This document shows, one piece after another, positions 1 to 13,889 of a stretch of 64,000 nucleotides of DNA (position 1 is the first letter of the stretch; each line of letters starts with the position of its first letter). Made by a program: the position numbers and the translations under genes. The DNA lies in assembly GCA_951406725.2 (NCBI GenBank), contig OX597822.1:51956001-52020000 (forward strand), in the 5' to 3' direction. The stretch comes from Octopus vulgaris. Lineage: Eukaryota. A model generated the notes under the pieces. That model did not search any database. It saw only the letters and a list, made by a program, of their open reading frames with translations, and was not told where the DNA came from.

Positions 1-1127
1 TTGCTTACTCATTTCTTTTTGTCATTGAACATTGAGGTGGTTGATTTGTGTGCTAAAAATTACAGCTAAATATGATTTTTTAGATAAATCTTTTAAATTA
101 ACATGAACATTTATTTACATGAAAAAAGGTTACCGGAGACATAACACATGTTGTTTACAAATATTAACAAAATGTGCTATTTTCAGGATGTTGACGATAG
201 AATGTGCAGTCCTGCATAAAATGACAGCTTCCAAGTATTGTTTCCTGACTGAGTGAACATGATCAAAATTTAAACTTCTATAACTTTTTAAAACATATTT
301 CTGGAAAAAAATGAAATAACTCCAACTATGCAGTTTGAGAAAGTGTATTATTGTGCCCAATTTTAAAATTTTCGGTAAACTTTAATTTTTGAAATGCCGG
401 CAGCCAAACCGATAAGATCTCAAAATTGTCTGCCGACGTACATACCTCCAAATTATAACTATTCGGCCACTGCACTAGCAACACTTGTCTAGTCTACCAC
501 TTGACAGATTGAATTTGACTGTCTTGGACTCTCACTACATACGTTCACTCAACCCTGTCAGAGTAAAAACATATATTGTCATATTTCATTAATATATGTA
601 ACAAACATTAGGGGGTCCAAGAACGGGTCCTTGTGGTACACAAGATGTATCTCACAGGGTGAAGAATGATGTCCTAGAATCGTTACTATTACCATTTTCG
701 ACCAAGAATGAAGGACTTCAACCATTTAAAAAGATCATCTTTCACACACATGACAAAGAGTTTTGCCATCGGTTGTTTGTGTAGCACAGAATTGAAGGCT
801 TTAGCAAAGTGAAGGTAGAAAACATCCACCCATGAGCCGCCATTAGTAATTCAGGTGATATCCTCAAGAAACCCAATGTTTTGGCTACAGTTTTAAGCAT
901 AATTACGCCTTCACCCTCTGCTACTCAAAATATATCCGAAACAGAGACTAAATTTTTGAGTTATATTGTCTGTATAAAAGCAAGAAAATGTCTACATGTG
1001 TGTATGTATGTACGTATGTATGTATGTATGTATGTATGTATAAAACAAATATTTGCATTATGTCATTTACACACGCATACACACACATACACAGACACAC
1101 ACACACACAAACATACACACACACACG

Positions 1128-1167
<40 letters not shown>

Positions 1168-1835
1168 AAGGAAATAAGCAACAAAGATGTCCAGGTATCA
1201 GTGCATTACGGCCGTTTCAAGCGGCTCCATTTAATTGATCAATGAAAACATCACATCAATTTGAAATAAACCGCTTTCCTCAAAAATAGACGACCATATA
1301 GATTTCCAGCATATAGGATTCACCATTCTAATTTTTTAGCAAAATGTTCATCAGTACTAGAGACTAAAATAATTATATTGTTTTGAATGTGATAAGGATA
1401 AAGACGAATGTAGCTATAACACCATTCCTCTTTCTTGACCCCCATAATTTCCTTCTGCCACTCTAAATTATAGTAGGCTTTAATTATTTTTCTCTAAATT
1501 TATTCTGCCACAAAAACATAAAAGAGAAGCGATGTAGTTATTTTACTCACTAGTACTGATGAAAAATTTACCAAAATATTATAATGGTATAGCCTGTATG
1601 TTGGAAAACTATATGGTTGTCAGCTTCCGAGGAGAGCGGTTGATTTCAAACTGATCTAATGTTTTCATTGATTGATTAAATAGAGTCGCTTGAAACGACC
1701 GTAAAGCACTGAAACCTGGGCATACTTATTACGTATTTGCTTTTTATTCACCTTACTCCAAGGTGTGCAGACCATACCGGACTGACTTCGTGCCTCAACT
1801 TAAGTACCTAATTCAACTGAATCTTAATTATTTCT
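1168..1835. mobile_element. Diverged fold-back (Penelope pLTR-like) element between (TA)n tracts
   Basis: Inverted arms at about 1168-1380 and 1530-1745 (e.g. gtccaggtatcagtgcattacggccgtttcaagcg vs cgcttgaaacgaccgtaaagcactgaaacctggg), an unpaired tail at 1745-1835, and (TA)n on both sides. Confidence 0.75.
1623..1707 (+). ncRNA. Degenerate type-I hammerhead ribozyme motif (inverted copy at 1203-1287, minus strand)
   Basis: GCTT-CCGAGGA-GAGCGG..long stem II..TCGCTT-GAAA-CGACCG-TA-AAGC. The other arm reads TTGAGGA and CGGCCG, so the arm consensus is CTGAGGA/GAAA-CGGCCG-TA. Confidence 0.6.
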
Positions 1836-1847
1836 TTCATATATATA

Positions 1848-1889
<42 letters not shown>

Positions 1890-2096
1890 GAAGCATTGCT
1901 TTAAGGGTATTGCGGAAGGAAAGGCCTAACTGGAGTTCTAACCTTCCGAGTTCTTTTACAGGGCTTGGAAAAACTGAAGATCTGCTGCAATAAGTGTGTG
2001 AATCTGCGAGAAGAATATGTTGAATAAAATCATTATTAACTGATCTTCCTGTATTTACTTTTACCCAAAATTAGGAACTTTCCACCATCATCTCGT
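1890..2096 (+). mobile_element. Mariner 3' end remnant
   Basis: Decayed translation FLQGLEKLK..CNKCVNLREEYVE*, followed by a TIR-like end ggaactttcc...ctcgta. Confidence 0.65.
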
Positions 2097-2492
2097 ATGT
2101 GAGGTATATTCAAGAAGGTTTGAGACTCTCTGAGAGGCAGTTATCACTGTGCTAAATTATTCTAATTTTGGTATATCATTACTATAAATCTAATAACCTG
2201 ACCTGCCAACATAAATACTCCAAGTTGAAGGAGACGGCTTCTAACAGTACTTTGATCATATCCTACTAAACACACCTTCTCACAGCTGACCACTTTGTAG
2301 AACACAGTCGAATAATGAAGACAATTTAAATGTTCGCTACACAATAAAGTTTTGTGTTAGGCTGGACAAAAATGCCATAGAAACTTACGAAATACTCCAT
2401 AGTCCTAACAGATTATCTTGTATGAGCGGAGAATCAGTTCTTCTATGGCACAGGGAGTTCAAATATGGTGGAGAGGGGGTGAAAGACAATTA
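2097..2492 (+). mobile_element. Mariner 5' remnant (N-terminal HTH)
   Basis: RYTIKFCVRLDKNAIETYEIL...CMSGESVLLWHREFKYGGEGVKD matches a mariner transposase N-terminus. Confidence 0.75.
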
Positions 2493-2729
2493 GGATTGTG
2501 TGTGCGTATGTGTGTCTCTGTGTGTGGTGTGTATGTGTGTGTACACATAAGCATATGTGTGTGTGTGTTCTGTTCTACGCTTACTTTATGACGCTTCGTC
2601 TTTTCTCGACATTGATGCAGACATTAATACAGTTGAGTTTCACCTAGTTTTCATACATACTTGAGGAAGATATCATTCAGTGGTATCGAACCTGGGACTG
2701 TGTAATTGGGAAGTGAGCATGGGAATCAG

Positions 2730-3460
2730 TGCCAGAAAGGATGTACTGCAGCTCAACGCGAGAGGAATGCTATGATTACCACTCTGTCTAAGAAGAAGGC
2801 TATTGAACCAATTTCAGAGACATCGTTATCCTTAATTTTCTCAGCAAAACTTAAGTTTTGATCACCTTGAATTGCCTGCAGAAACTGACCGGACCTCTAA
2901 ATCAAAAGTCACAGTGCAATTTCCGGACTGAAAGATCAGTAGTTGATATGGCCTTCTACTTTCATCAACAAGAATTACTGAGTGGCGCAAACGCTCTTGT
3001 ATGTCGGCTTCATCGACTTCATCAATATGATCAACCTGTTCCACGGTGAAGGCACTTCTTATGTAACTCATGCATATCAACATCAAGCGGGCAGTGCTAA
3101 TAAACTAATGAACAGTAATCAACAGTAGCTTCTCTGGCTCCTTCAATATCCTCAACAACATAAAATAAAGCTGTGAACCCTCTCTTACACTGTTTAAAAT
3201 CTTATTTATTATGCTGCTGAACCATAGTTTTAGTGATACAACAGTGGAATGTATCTGCATACAGGATCATGTGGAAGGAACTTTAATCTATCTCACCTCA
3301 GAACTAAGAAAAGCTACGCGTATCATTCATCATCAGTTAAATGTTCACTAATGACGCAATGGTTACAATCCACAAACAGCTGGAACTGTAGCCACTGATG
3401 ATTTTGTTTTCTCTCATTTTGTTTTCTCTCATTCTGACAAGGATTTCAACTTGATGACAG
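2730..3460 (+). mobile_element. RTE-clade LINE reverse transcriptase remnant
   Basis: Frameshifted motifs SQCNFRTERSVVDMAF, LYVGFID, GRNFNLSHLRTK and MFTNDA, resembling RTE ESQCGFR..RSTIDMIF, LYxxFIDL and LFADD. Confidence 0.75.
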
Positions 3461-4059
3461 GCAATGCTTCTGTACTCTGCTGAACCGTTTTATCATCATT
3501 ACAAAAGTATATATTATTAATGTTCAAATAACAGCTGGCATATATCAGTAGAGCTTGCTCTAATTTTTAATTTGCCGCTATATATGAAGTATAAGTTCAG
3601 ATAGCAGGAATACATTCAAGAGAAATTCGTCAAATATTCATTGAAGAGGAATGAAGTTATTGCAGGTGGCACACCTTAAGTCAACAACAAAAAGACAGAT
3701 TGTTCACCCATTTCTTGAAGTGTTAGTCTATCATATCACTCGCATTTTCTCGTCTCCTCCACCTGTACAATAAATTACGTGCCCCTTTTTGCATGCTAAG
3801 GACGTCGACCAACAGATGTTCAAAGTAAACAACAATCCTATCAAAGCATTAAGTCTAGTTGAATATTCACGCGCCATAGGCACCGCCATTCTTTGCTAAA
3901 TGGCTTAAGAATGAGACATGTATTTTCATCATGTCACTGCAATAGAAATTTTCCTGCAGTAGTAGTAAATTTATTTGCTTACTTGGTGTTACATGGTATT
4001 TTTTCTGGAGGTACATTTAGATATGCTTAATCGGTCAAACTGGACTAAGTCAATGAACC

Positions 4060-5460
4060 TTGATATATCGAAACTTATGTAAATAGTTGCCACCTACCTG
4101 CTAAAAACTACCAGAATGTTCATCCCCACAGCATGTAATACAAATTGAATGCCACACAAACAACTGGAATTGATAACAATGTTTTCATATGGCATAAGAA
4201 TGAAATTTGGCCAAACGAAATGTTCATATTTGTTTGTTGAACGGGGAATATCAGTCTCCAAGACCCAACACATGTGTATCGGTGGTTTCGCTATCTCCTG
4301 TTCCTCGCAAAGAATGCTACAAATACCTAGGCATTGATAATAGCATAACATATGAATGTACTGTGGATAAAGATAGTGACCCGAGAATATTATGCCAGAC
4401 CTAGAAAACTATGGCAGTCGGAATTCTTATCTTACAACAAAACAATGCCTTTGTAGTACTAGTGCTGATTCCAATATCTGAGATACTTCCCTGGTTTGCA
4501 AAAACATTAAAACTCGCAAGATTCAGGGAAAATCTCCACAGCAATAGTGATATCGACAGATTCTACAAAAAAAAAGAAATGGAGATGGAGGCTTGAGATC
4601 AACGCAGACAGTCTTCGAATATCATATAGTCCCTCCCAGACAGTACTTGCTAAATAATATCAAAAATGCATGCATTAACTTAGTGCTGAAAAGTGAAGAG
4701 GATACTATCCTACGCATTTGCAGCGAGCTCTCCAGGAGGAACTCTCTTCCTGATTATCTCCCATATAACATGCCACCACACACAGGTGCCCAAAAATGTC
4801 ATTGAAGTACTAACTCCGTATGTGACACGACGTTGTCGCAAAAACTAATATACAATGTTATTCGGAAATAAGAGTATCCTGAAATAAATATAAAGAATAT
4901 TCCTGTTATTGAACATATACACCAACATCAACACAAGGAATACAGATGGAATATTTGCATCAAAATACTTGTTAAGTGTAAACAACACAGGCCGCATTTT
5001 TTTTTGGGGGGGAGACAAGAAAATTTATGTTCCGTCATAGAGGGCAGCTGTTCTGCTGATGTGAATATCTCTTTGAAAATCAAAGCGAAAGAGGATAGCT
5101 ATGGTCAACTTATTCAAAACTTCCAACTTCTCTATCTAGACTATAAATTCATATTTACACCAATAATAATTGGTGCACTTCTTTTTGTGAGTAAATACCT
5201 AAATGACAATCTGGATAAGTTAAGGTTTTCAGGAAAAGAAATCAACCAACCAACTCGCACATAACTTGTACAATCTGTAAGCGAGGCAGTAAAATTTGCA
5301 AGATTTTCTCATGTTTAAAATGTGACATTGTTTTTGTTATTTACATTCCAACGATAGAGATTCGTATCTTTGTTGGCAACCAGCTCGCACATAACTTGTA
5401 CAATCTGTAAGCGAGGCAGTAAGAATTTAAATCATTACAAAGAGAAAACAACATACATAT
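4060..5460 (+). mobile_element. R4/Dong-like (RLE-type) non-LTR retrotransposon, decayed 3' half
   Basis: GIRMKFGQTKC, YKYLGID, and C-terminal VIEGSCSADVNI..KEDSYGQL..TPIIIGAL. Same family as 15160-16260. Confidence 0.75.
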
Positions 5461-7079
5461 ACGTGTGTATTATTTGTTTGCTAGACTGCATATTTAGCTA
5501 GAATAACACATTTAATTATATTTGTACTTGTGTCACCATTTAATACGCAACAATAAGCGATTAGAATTAATTTGAACAGAATTCCATTTTTTTCTTTAAT
5601 TCATTATAGTTTCGTTATTTGTTAAAATGTTGTCGGGAATATAAATGCAATGAAATATAGATAAAAGAATAGTATTACGCATTCTGCAACTGATCTTTTA
5701 GTACTAACACAGGAAAAAAACAAGAGAAAGAACCACTATCGATTGATTCATTAATCAAATTTCGTTTCATTTTCCTTTGCATGCGTAATTTGAGAAGATA
5801 TTTTCACAAACATTTCTTTTAAAGTTCAGATTAGTATGAACTTAACAACATCAGTAATTTCCTATATTATTCTTTCTTTATTTTTCAATGATATTATTTC
5901 GAATTCCGATATAATTTATTGTTTACTTTCGTTCTAGGTAATTTTTTTTTATGTTTTCATTCCTTTGATTATTTTGTTTCTAATGTCTGTTGTTTCTCAT
6001 TATTCCATTTTGTAGCGTGCTCATAATTTCATCCCATTAAGATATCAGATAATTGCATTTTCCGCTTCTTTTTGTTTTTCTACACTTTCACTAATTCACA
6101 GCTCGTCCAGCTGTGCAAGGTCAAACTATCAACTTAAAGGTTGATGTTTCATAACCTGCCATAACTGCTCACTTCCTTGAACCAAGTTAATTCTCCTGTT
6201 TCACTGCATATGAATGCAAACGGATATAGTAATAATAAGGTTCAACTGTCACTTGGAATATAGCTGCAGAACCTCATCAAATTAACGACTAGTATAACAA
6301 AGATTATAACTTAGGATTGTAGTACTATATTCAAGTAAATTTCCTAGAATATTGATTGAAGAGAAATTAACTAAGATTGGCTGACAAACCTTAAGTGAAC
6401 AGCACGAAGATAAAGTGTTCACCAAGTACTTGCAAAAGACCAGTCGGTTATATCGCTCGCATTTACTTGCATGTTATATTTCGTTTCACTTAAATATTTC
6501 TGTTAAAGGAGAGGGTTTCTTAAATGAACTACAATCACATTATTTGAAATTTATTTTAATGATGCTAATAGAGAATTTCAGCTTTATGTGCTTTGTGAAA
6601 TGGTTAAGATATAGAACATGTTCAGGCACTATATTTGAAACAGGGAGTAGTATGCCATAACACTAATTAATGGAAATTCAGCTAATCCCGTGTATGTATA
6701 ATTAAACCGATATTTTGGAGACAATTCTTCTGAGGCTACGGTGAAGGAACGAACAATGCACTTGTATAAGTGTAAGATTATTTCCCTTTCACATACCCAT
6801 TTTTCATCAATACATCTATGAACCTATGTGTGTGTGTGTTTGTGTATTCATTGTGTGCGGGTATGTATGATCGTGTAAGTATGCCCGTGTACGTAGAATG
6901 TGTGAACACACAGATTTTGTCTGTATACTTGTCTATTCAATTTACATACGCGAGCGTGTATGTGTAATTCACATGTTAATGCTTAGGAATTTTTACCAGA
7001 AATTCACAAGAGCTTTTATTATTATTGCTATTATTGTTGTTGTTGTTGCTATTGTTGTCATCGTCGTTGTTGTTATTTG

Positions 7080-7545
7080 ATGAAGACTCTCAGCTTATTT
7101 TGCTGGGTATGATGGAATGTGTCAGCTGTCAACAGCCAGCAGACTAAGATGGCAATTGTTTACTGAACATGCTTTCAGAACCCTGCAGAGAACACTCACA
7201 ATAATGATTTTTGTAAGTGTTCCAATCTTTTTGATGGTACCAATGTCTTTAAGTCATGTTGGTAGCTACGTGTTGATAGTTTCAACACGCCTATTACTAT
7301 TGGCATCACGTCCACTCTCTTCCTTGCCCAAAACCTGCTACAACTTGTCATAGTTGTTCAATTTTCCTTCTTCTTCCTCTTTGATCCTTTGTCACCGGGA
7401 CATGCTATGTCGGTTATCATGCTAGTTATTTTCTTTTTTGTTCGCGATAATGTCAGGCTTCCGATGTCTGATCTGATGGTCATCCTGAATCATTGCATCT
7501 CACAGGATTTTACAATCTTCATTCTCAGTAACTCCTTCTGGAATT
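7080..7545 (-). mobile_element. R4/Dong-like LINE 3' end
   Basis: Homologous to 28090-28560 (cagcttattttgctgggtatgatggaa...gcagactaag). Flanked by (ATT/GTT)n. Confidence 0.7.
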
Positions 7546-7567
7546 ATTATTATCATCATCATCATCA

Positions 7568-7629
<62 letters not shown>

Positions 7630-7800
7630 AAGACGGGGAACTAGCAGATTTGTTAGCGCTTCGGAAAAAATGTCGAGCGGTACTTTCTCTGTCTCTTTAC
7701 GTTCTTAGTTCCAATCTCCTTGAGGTCGCCCAAGCCCTCACCCACTTGAGGTTCGATAAAATAAGTATCATCCAAGTTTTGGGGTCAATGTAATCGAAGT
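7630..7800 (+). mobile_element. tRNA-derived SINE family A, degenerate
   Basis: Aligns to 28948-29170 and follows (ATT)n. Confidence 0.65.
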
Positions 7801-8027
7801 TATTATTACTTTCATGTATTATTTTCTTAATTATTACTTTTGCGTTATTGTCATCGATATATTTTTTATCAATTTTCAGCACCTGACTACCACTTGTTAC
7901 AGCAATATTTGCAGGGCAGAGTTGTGGCTTTCTCAAGAATACAAAGAGACACCCGGTTCAGGAATCAAACATGCAGACACGCTAATATACGTGAACCTAG
8001 GCATACGCGGGTTCACTACATATATAC

Positions 8028-8090
<63 letters not shown>

Positions 8091-10555
8091 TGTGTCTGTG
8101 TGTGTCTGTGTGTGTGTGTGTATCTTCCAAATATATTCTTTCTACTAAATTTCACTCACATGAAAACGATCAACTTGTGGCCAGAGCAGGTTCGAATTCG
8201 CGCCTAGTTAATCCGAACCGAGGCCAAGCAAACTTCTTGGTCAAATTGTTATGCCTGCATAAAAACCGTATGGTTTAATGTAAGATTATGAAAGCAAATA
8301 TCATTATCTCTTCTTTAAGAAATCCGTATTATCATATGATATGATAATTCTAATTCACCAATGAAAAAATGATTTATTTATTACTGATATGGCGAAGCAG
8401 AAACAATAAGCTCGAAAATGTACACTACAATTCGTTGTGCTATCATAAATCGTTTTGTTCACATAATACGTCATATAAAGCATCAAATAATTCTTGAATA
8501 TGCTAAGGAATAGAAGGAAATATTTCCGATATGTAATGTTATTTCTAGAAACGTACCGGAAACGGATATTCAAATTGCCTGAATTCATGTTTGCATGTTG
8601 TGGTGCTCAAACATTGATCAATGTACGTATTTGTTCGAAACTTCATTTGAAAGAATCATTTGTTTTGATATTTCTTGATCCTGAGGCGAATTATCGTATA
8701 GTTAATGCACAACACGATCGTTTTATAGGTGATGCGTGCGTATCAAATGAAGTTCGCTATTGCTGGTGCAAGCACTAGCAACATGGCTGAAGAGATGTGA
8801 ACTCTGTGTAACTTCAATTACGCTGCTGAGGATTTTGAAAGAATATGAATGCAATAAGAATGAATGAAACAACGCGTGAGTGAAATATTCATATCATAAC
8901 CTTAGCATATCTTGTCAATAAGGACAAAACGATGTATAAGAGAGATTCCATGGGATCACTCACTTAGCCATCAAATCACACTCAATCGTTAAGAATAAAC
9001 TCATCTCAAATAATGCAGGTATATGAAAATAACTGAATGAATGTTGAATGACTGGCTGGCTTGATTGTATGTCTGTGCTATCAGAGTAATCATATTTTTT
9101 AAAAATAACACTAACACCAACATTTAGTCATAGTGAAAACTGTAAGGTGATTAACTGATAAAACTGAAGCCTACAAAAGTATCTAGTATGAAACACGGCC
9201 AAGCTAATGCGTTTAACTACAAAACATGTATAAAGTCATAGAGCATGTCAATAGATTTTGTGCGGAGAAGGGATAGATAATAACAGAAACCGTAAGTATT
9301 TAACAAAAAATATGCATTAAATGGGAGTGGGGAACTGAATGTTGTGTGAAAACTATAGTATCGTTTACACTGTATGGCCAGCAACTAAGAAAATAAATAA
9401 CGGTGGAGGATAAAGAGAAATCTTGTCACTCTCCGAAATCCAAAATTCAAAACTGAGAATGAAGGACTTTTGATTGCGACACAAAAATCAAAGGCTACTC
9501 ACCAGCGATTGACAAAACCACGATGTGATCAGCTCGCATTATACATGCTTCAGAATATGTTGAAGCTGAAGAGAGATAAGTTTTCATAATTCTTTTGATT
9601 TTTTTCTTCCCAAACATAGCCGATTGCAGGTTTAGTTGATGTTTGCTGTAGATAGTGTGGAGGAGGACAAATCTCCTTATAGGCTCGGGTTAAGATTTTG
9701 ATTTACCTTACCATTTTCGTAGTCATTCACATTAATACTGATATTAACACCTATTGGTGTTGTAGTTACTATTATTGTTTGTATACATGTTATAGTTATA
9801 AAAAGAAATAGAGATTTTGCGTAGGAGGTGATAATGAAACGTGGGATCTGGACTCATTCTTGCAAAATATGTATTAAATTTGTTATGCTGAGTTAAAAAA
9901 ATTTTTAATTTTATGTATTAATCTTTACAGACAATGTTTTCTCACAGTATAACATTTTCGGGTAAATTAATTTCAAAAATACGTAAGACACAACATAATT
10001 ATTAATATATACTATATATTGCATACAAATATTACTTATCTGATGATTAATGCGAATTTATTTTCACACTCGGAAGTAAATCTTTAGAAGAAAATATTGA
10101 TCGTTTGTTTATGGATTTCCTTCTATATATCTCACTAATCAAATCTTAAATGCCAATATCATCCCTTTGAAATACCAATTAAATTATTTCGCCAGAGAAT
10201 GGTGCATAAAGCATGAGAATATTATTTTGCTTTGCATCACTTTCAATCTAAATATTTCGATATTGCTTTAATAATAACACACTTCGGTATATCAAGTAAT
10301 GATAATTCTCTAAATATCAAGAGTCTATTAAACTTTGGAGATTATTAATATTATTTATTACAAGATTGTAAACGAAACTAAAGAAGTTGATCTAAAAAGA
10401 AAACCTAAAGGTGTATCCTTATTATATTCTCAATTTTTACGCATTATATTAGCTTATTTCTTCTATCTGCCTACTTCTACACGCATTGAAGCATAAGTAC
10501 ACACGTTTCACATACCCACATACATTTCCATGTGTGTTTGTGTGTGTATATATAT

Positions 10556-10894
10556 AGTAAGAAAAAGTGAAGAGAAGAATTCCGATTATCCCCACGTGGT
10601 GAGCAATATATATATATATAATATATATATAATATATATATATATAATAAAAGAAGGAAACTGCACACGGTTTACGTAGTTTTAATATATTTGTTAATAT
10701 ATTTTATAAGTGAAAGAGTATTGTATTTGTTGGTCGGTTTCACTTTCGCTAATCATGACATTGAAATTATTGTAATATCGTATTTTCTTATTAACGTTGT
10801 GTACGGGTCAACAAACCGGTCCACAAACACAATACTCTTTCAATTATAAAATAGACTAAAACTATGTGAACTATGTGCATGTTCCTTCTTTTAT

Positions 10895-10896
<2 letters not shown>
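10556..10896. mobile_element. Old fold-back element in (TA)n with hammerhead remnant
   Basis: Tail 10556-10606 and arms at about 10645-10742 and 10813-10896. TTGTG...AAA-CCGG-TC-CACAA at 10797-10826. Confidence 0.6.
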
Positions 10897-10925
<29 letters not shown>

Positions 10926-11143
10926 ACATTGTTTTGTTTTGTTTTTGTAATAGTATATATATCGAAGCACACAGATCTTTAAACAGTGGCGTTCAAAAAT
11001 TCGTTCGTAGGAACATCCGTATGTCAAAGTACCGCTGTCTATCTATGTATGTATATACGTGTGTATGTATGTATGTATGTATGTATGTATGTATGTATGT
11101 TTGTATGTATGTATGTATGTATGTATGTATGTATGTATGTATG

Positions 11144-11174
<31 letters not shown>

Positions 11175-11816
11175 GTATTATATATATGTTTTATAAGCAT
11201 GTATACACGGGGAATGGCTTTTAACTTGAAATTTGTTGTGTTGGATATTTTCTTATTTAATATGTATTAAAATTTTCTCGTAAATAATATAGCAGGCCTT
11301 CTCTTCAAGAAACGAAGTGAATTTTTATCATTTGGGTATCCTTTTTTTATAAGAGGTGATTTATGATTTTACAGACATTCTAGCAAGAATTTTAACGATA
11401 AAGCGTTTGAATTCTATATCACCGGTTGTGCATTTGTAACCTGTGTATGATGTGTACTTATTGTAGACTTCTATTCGGATTTATGGTGATTATTTATGTA
11501 AGCAACTGTAATATAGCTGCGGGAGTTCGATTATGGAACAATAAACGGATACAATTAATGTCGAACATATATCACAAATACAAATCCGATGATGTAGGAT
11601 TCTCACACACTAAGGATTACATCCTGGCGCCAATGTTCGTATATATATATCAGTCCTACCCAACTCCACTATAAAACGAGCATTATAGAATACAAAAGCT
11701 AAGCCAGTTCCTGGAGATTCGGATAGATTTGGGAAATTTACTTTTTCAAAAGAAATATAATTTCTTGATGTAGAAGAAACTTGGACAAAAGATTAGAATA
11801 TAGTCAAGAGTCATAC

Positions 11817-11907
<91 letters not shown>

Positions 11908-12040
11908 CAGAGAGAGACAGAGAGAGACAGAGAGATTAATAGTAATGGTAAAACACCATAAGGATGAATGCGACCTCGATATTATGTAACTGGAGAAATT
12001 TATCTGTAATATAATATGTGACAATTATTCGGTTGCCAAA

Positions 12041-12099
12041 ATAAGACTCAGCGTTTCGGATGTCGGGGCGGAAAACTGCTCCGGCATCTCGTCATTTAT
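12041..12099 (-). ncRNA. Type-I hammerhead motif with a C3>A substitution
   Basis: Minus strand reads ATAA-ATGACGA-GATGCCGG..CCGACATCC-GAAA-CGCTGAG-TC-TTAT. Confidence 0.65.
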
Positions 12100-12236
12100 C
12101 GAGGCAATCAAAAATGCTATGAAAATAACCGTTAAATAAGAGGAAAACCGAAGGGGCGGAAGTAAACAAATAAGGAAGTAAAAATGCTCATAGACATCGC
12201 GTAAGCGCGCATGTACATACATATACATACGCGCAC

Positions 12237-12305
<69 letters not shown>

Positions 12306-12382
12306 AATATATACTAAAAGAAGTGGAAAACAAAACCAAGACAAGATGACCATTTTAAGTCATTTAGAATATTTAATTAGAA

Positions 12383-12800
12383 CGGCGGTGAGCTGTCAGA
12401 AACGGGCGCAATGCTTTGTGGTATTTCGTCTGTCTTTACGTCCTGAGTTCAAATTCAATCGCGGTCGACTTTGCCTTTCATCCTTTCGGGGTCCATAAAT
12501 TAAGTACCAGTTACGCACTGGGGTCGATGTAATCGACTTAATCCCTTTGTCTCTCCGTGTTTGTCCCCTCTATGTTTACCCCCTTGTGGGCAATAAAGAA
12601 ATAAGAAACGATAGCCAGCCGGGCGAAATGCTAAGCGGTATTTCGTCTGTCTTTACGTTCTGAGTTCAAATTCCGTCGAGGTTGACTTTGCATTTCATCC
12701 TTTCGGGGTCGATAACTTAAGTACCAGTTGCATACTGGAGTCGATCTAATTGACTAACCCCTTCCCCAAAATGTCGGGTCTTGTGCCTAGAGTAGAAAAG
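12383..12800 (+). mobile_element. SINE family A, tandem dimer
   Basis: Two units containing gagttcaaattc (B box) and ttgcctttcatcctttcggggtcgataa..aagtaccag (Nin/Deu-like central domain). Confidence 0.85.
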
Positions 12801-13787
12801 AATATTTAATTAGAGAAAGGTTAATCAAAAAAGAAGTAGAAGTGATTAATGTCTTACAGCTCTTTCTGGGATATCCCAGGTAGTGGATCAGCATCCCTAT
12901 ACACTGCGTATTCTATCATCAGAGACAAGGTGGATATGGGTGCCCATGTGTGTATAAGGATGAAATGTTTCCAGTGGGTTGTCACCAGTGTAACCTAGTT
13001 ATTTTGATTTGAAGTTGTGAAGTTCCAAATACAAAATATTTATCATTAAAAAAACTGTGTCGTCATGATAAAAAACAGAAAACGGTTTTTAAACCAAGTG
13101 AAGCAATTCAGTAGTTTGTGTGAGATTTATGTGTGAACTATAAGAGTACACTATAGCAGCTGCCTTATTGCTTGGCCGAAGTTGAGCGACATAAATTCCT
13201 CAGTTATTGGTCTTAGCTGGGCTACGAGCTCTACCACAAGTAATCGTGGTAGATAACCAATGAGAAGTACCGTAAATTCTCTTAGCCGTTATCATGGCCA
13301 TTTTATGGGTCACAGGTTATTTAGGGGATAGACCCACTATATATACCTGATGTCTGCAGAAGAAACGCGCCGAAGAAGGAATTGTTACAACAAACCTGTA
13401 TGCTGTTTACACTACTGGAATTCACTCTGCTCTATTTCGCTTGTACAACTGGAAACTGATAAAATATAAAATTCTTAAACTTTATCTTAATTGAATTGGT
13501 TAATTGGTTGGAAATTTCGCTAATTTTTGTTATTGCTGCATATTAATACTGTAACACAAGTTCGATTCCTAGACATATATATGCATGTATTATGTATGTA
13601 TGTATGTATTATGTATGTATGTATGTATGTATGTATGTATGTATGTATGTATGTATGTATGTATGTATGTATGCATGTATGAATGCATGTTTGTACGTAT
13701 GTATGTATACATCAGTAAACAAGCATCAAGTATGATATACCGAATGAATTTTAAGTAGGTATTTTGGTATATCATAAATAAATTATA

Positions 13788-13889
<102 letters not shown>

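Noticed and set aside
1557-1725. CTGATGA at 1557 paired with GAAACCTGG at 1711 as a hammerhead
   Set aside because: No UH site or stem II; the 1623-1707 parse fits both arms better.
13340-13375. CTGATGT..GAAACGCG hammerhead-like string
   Set aside because: No stem I or UH site; too degenerate to call.
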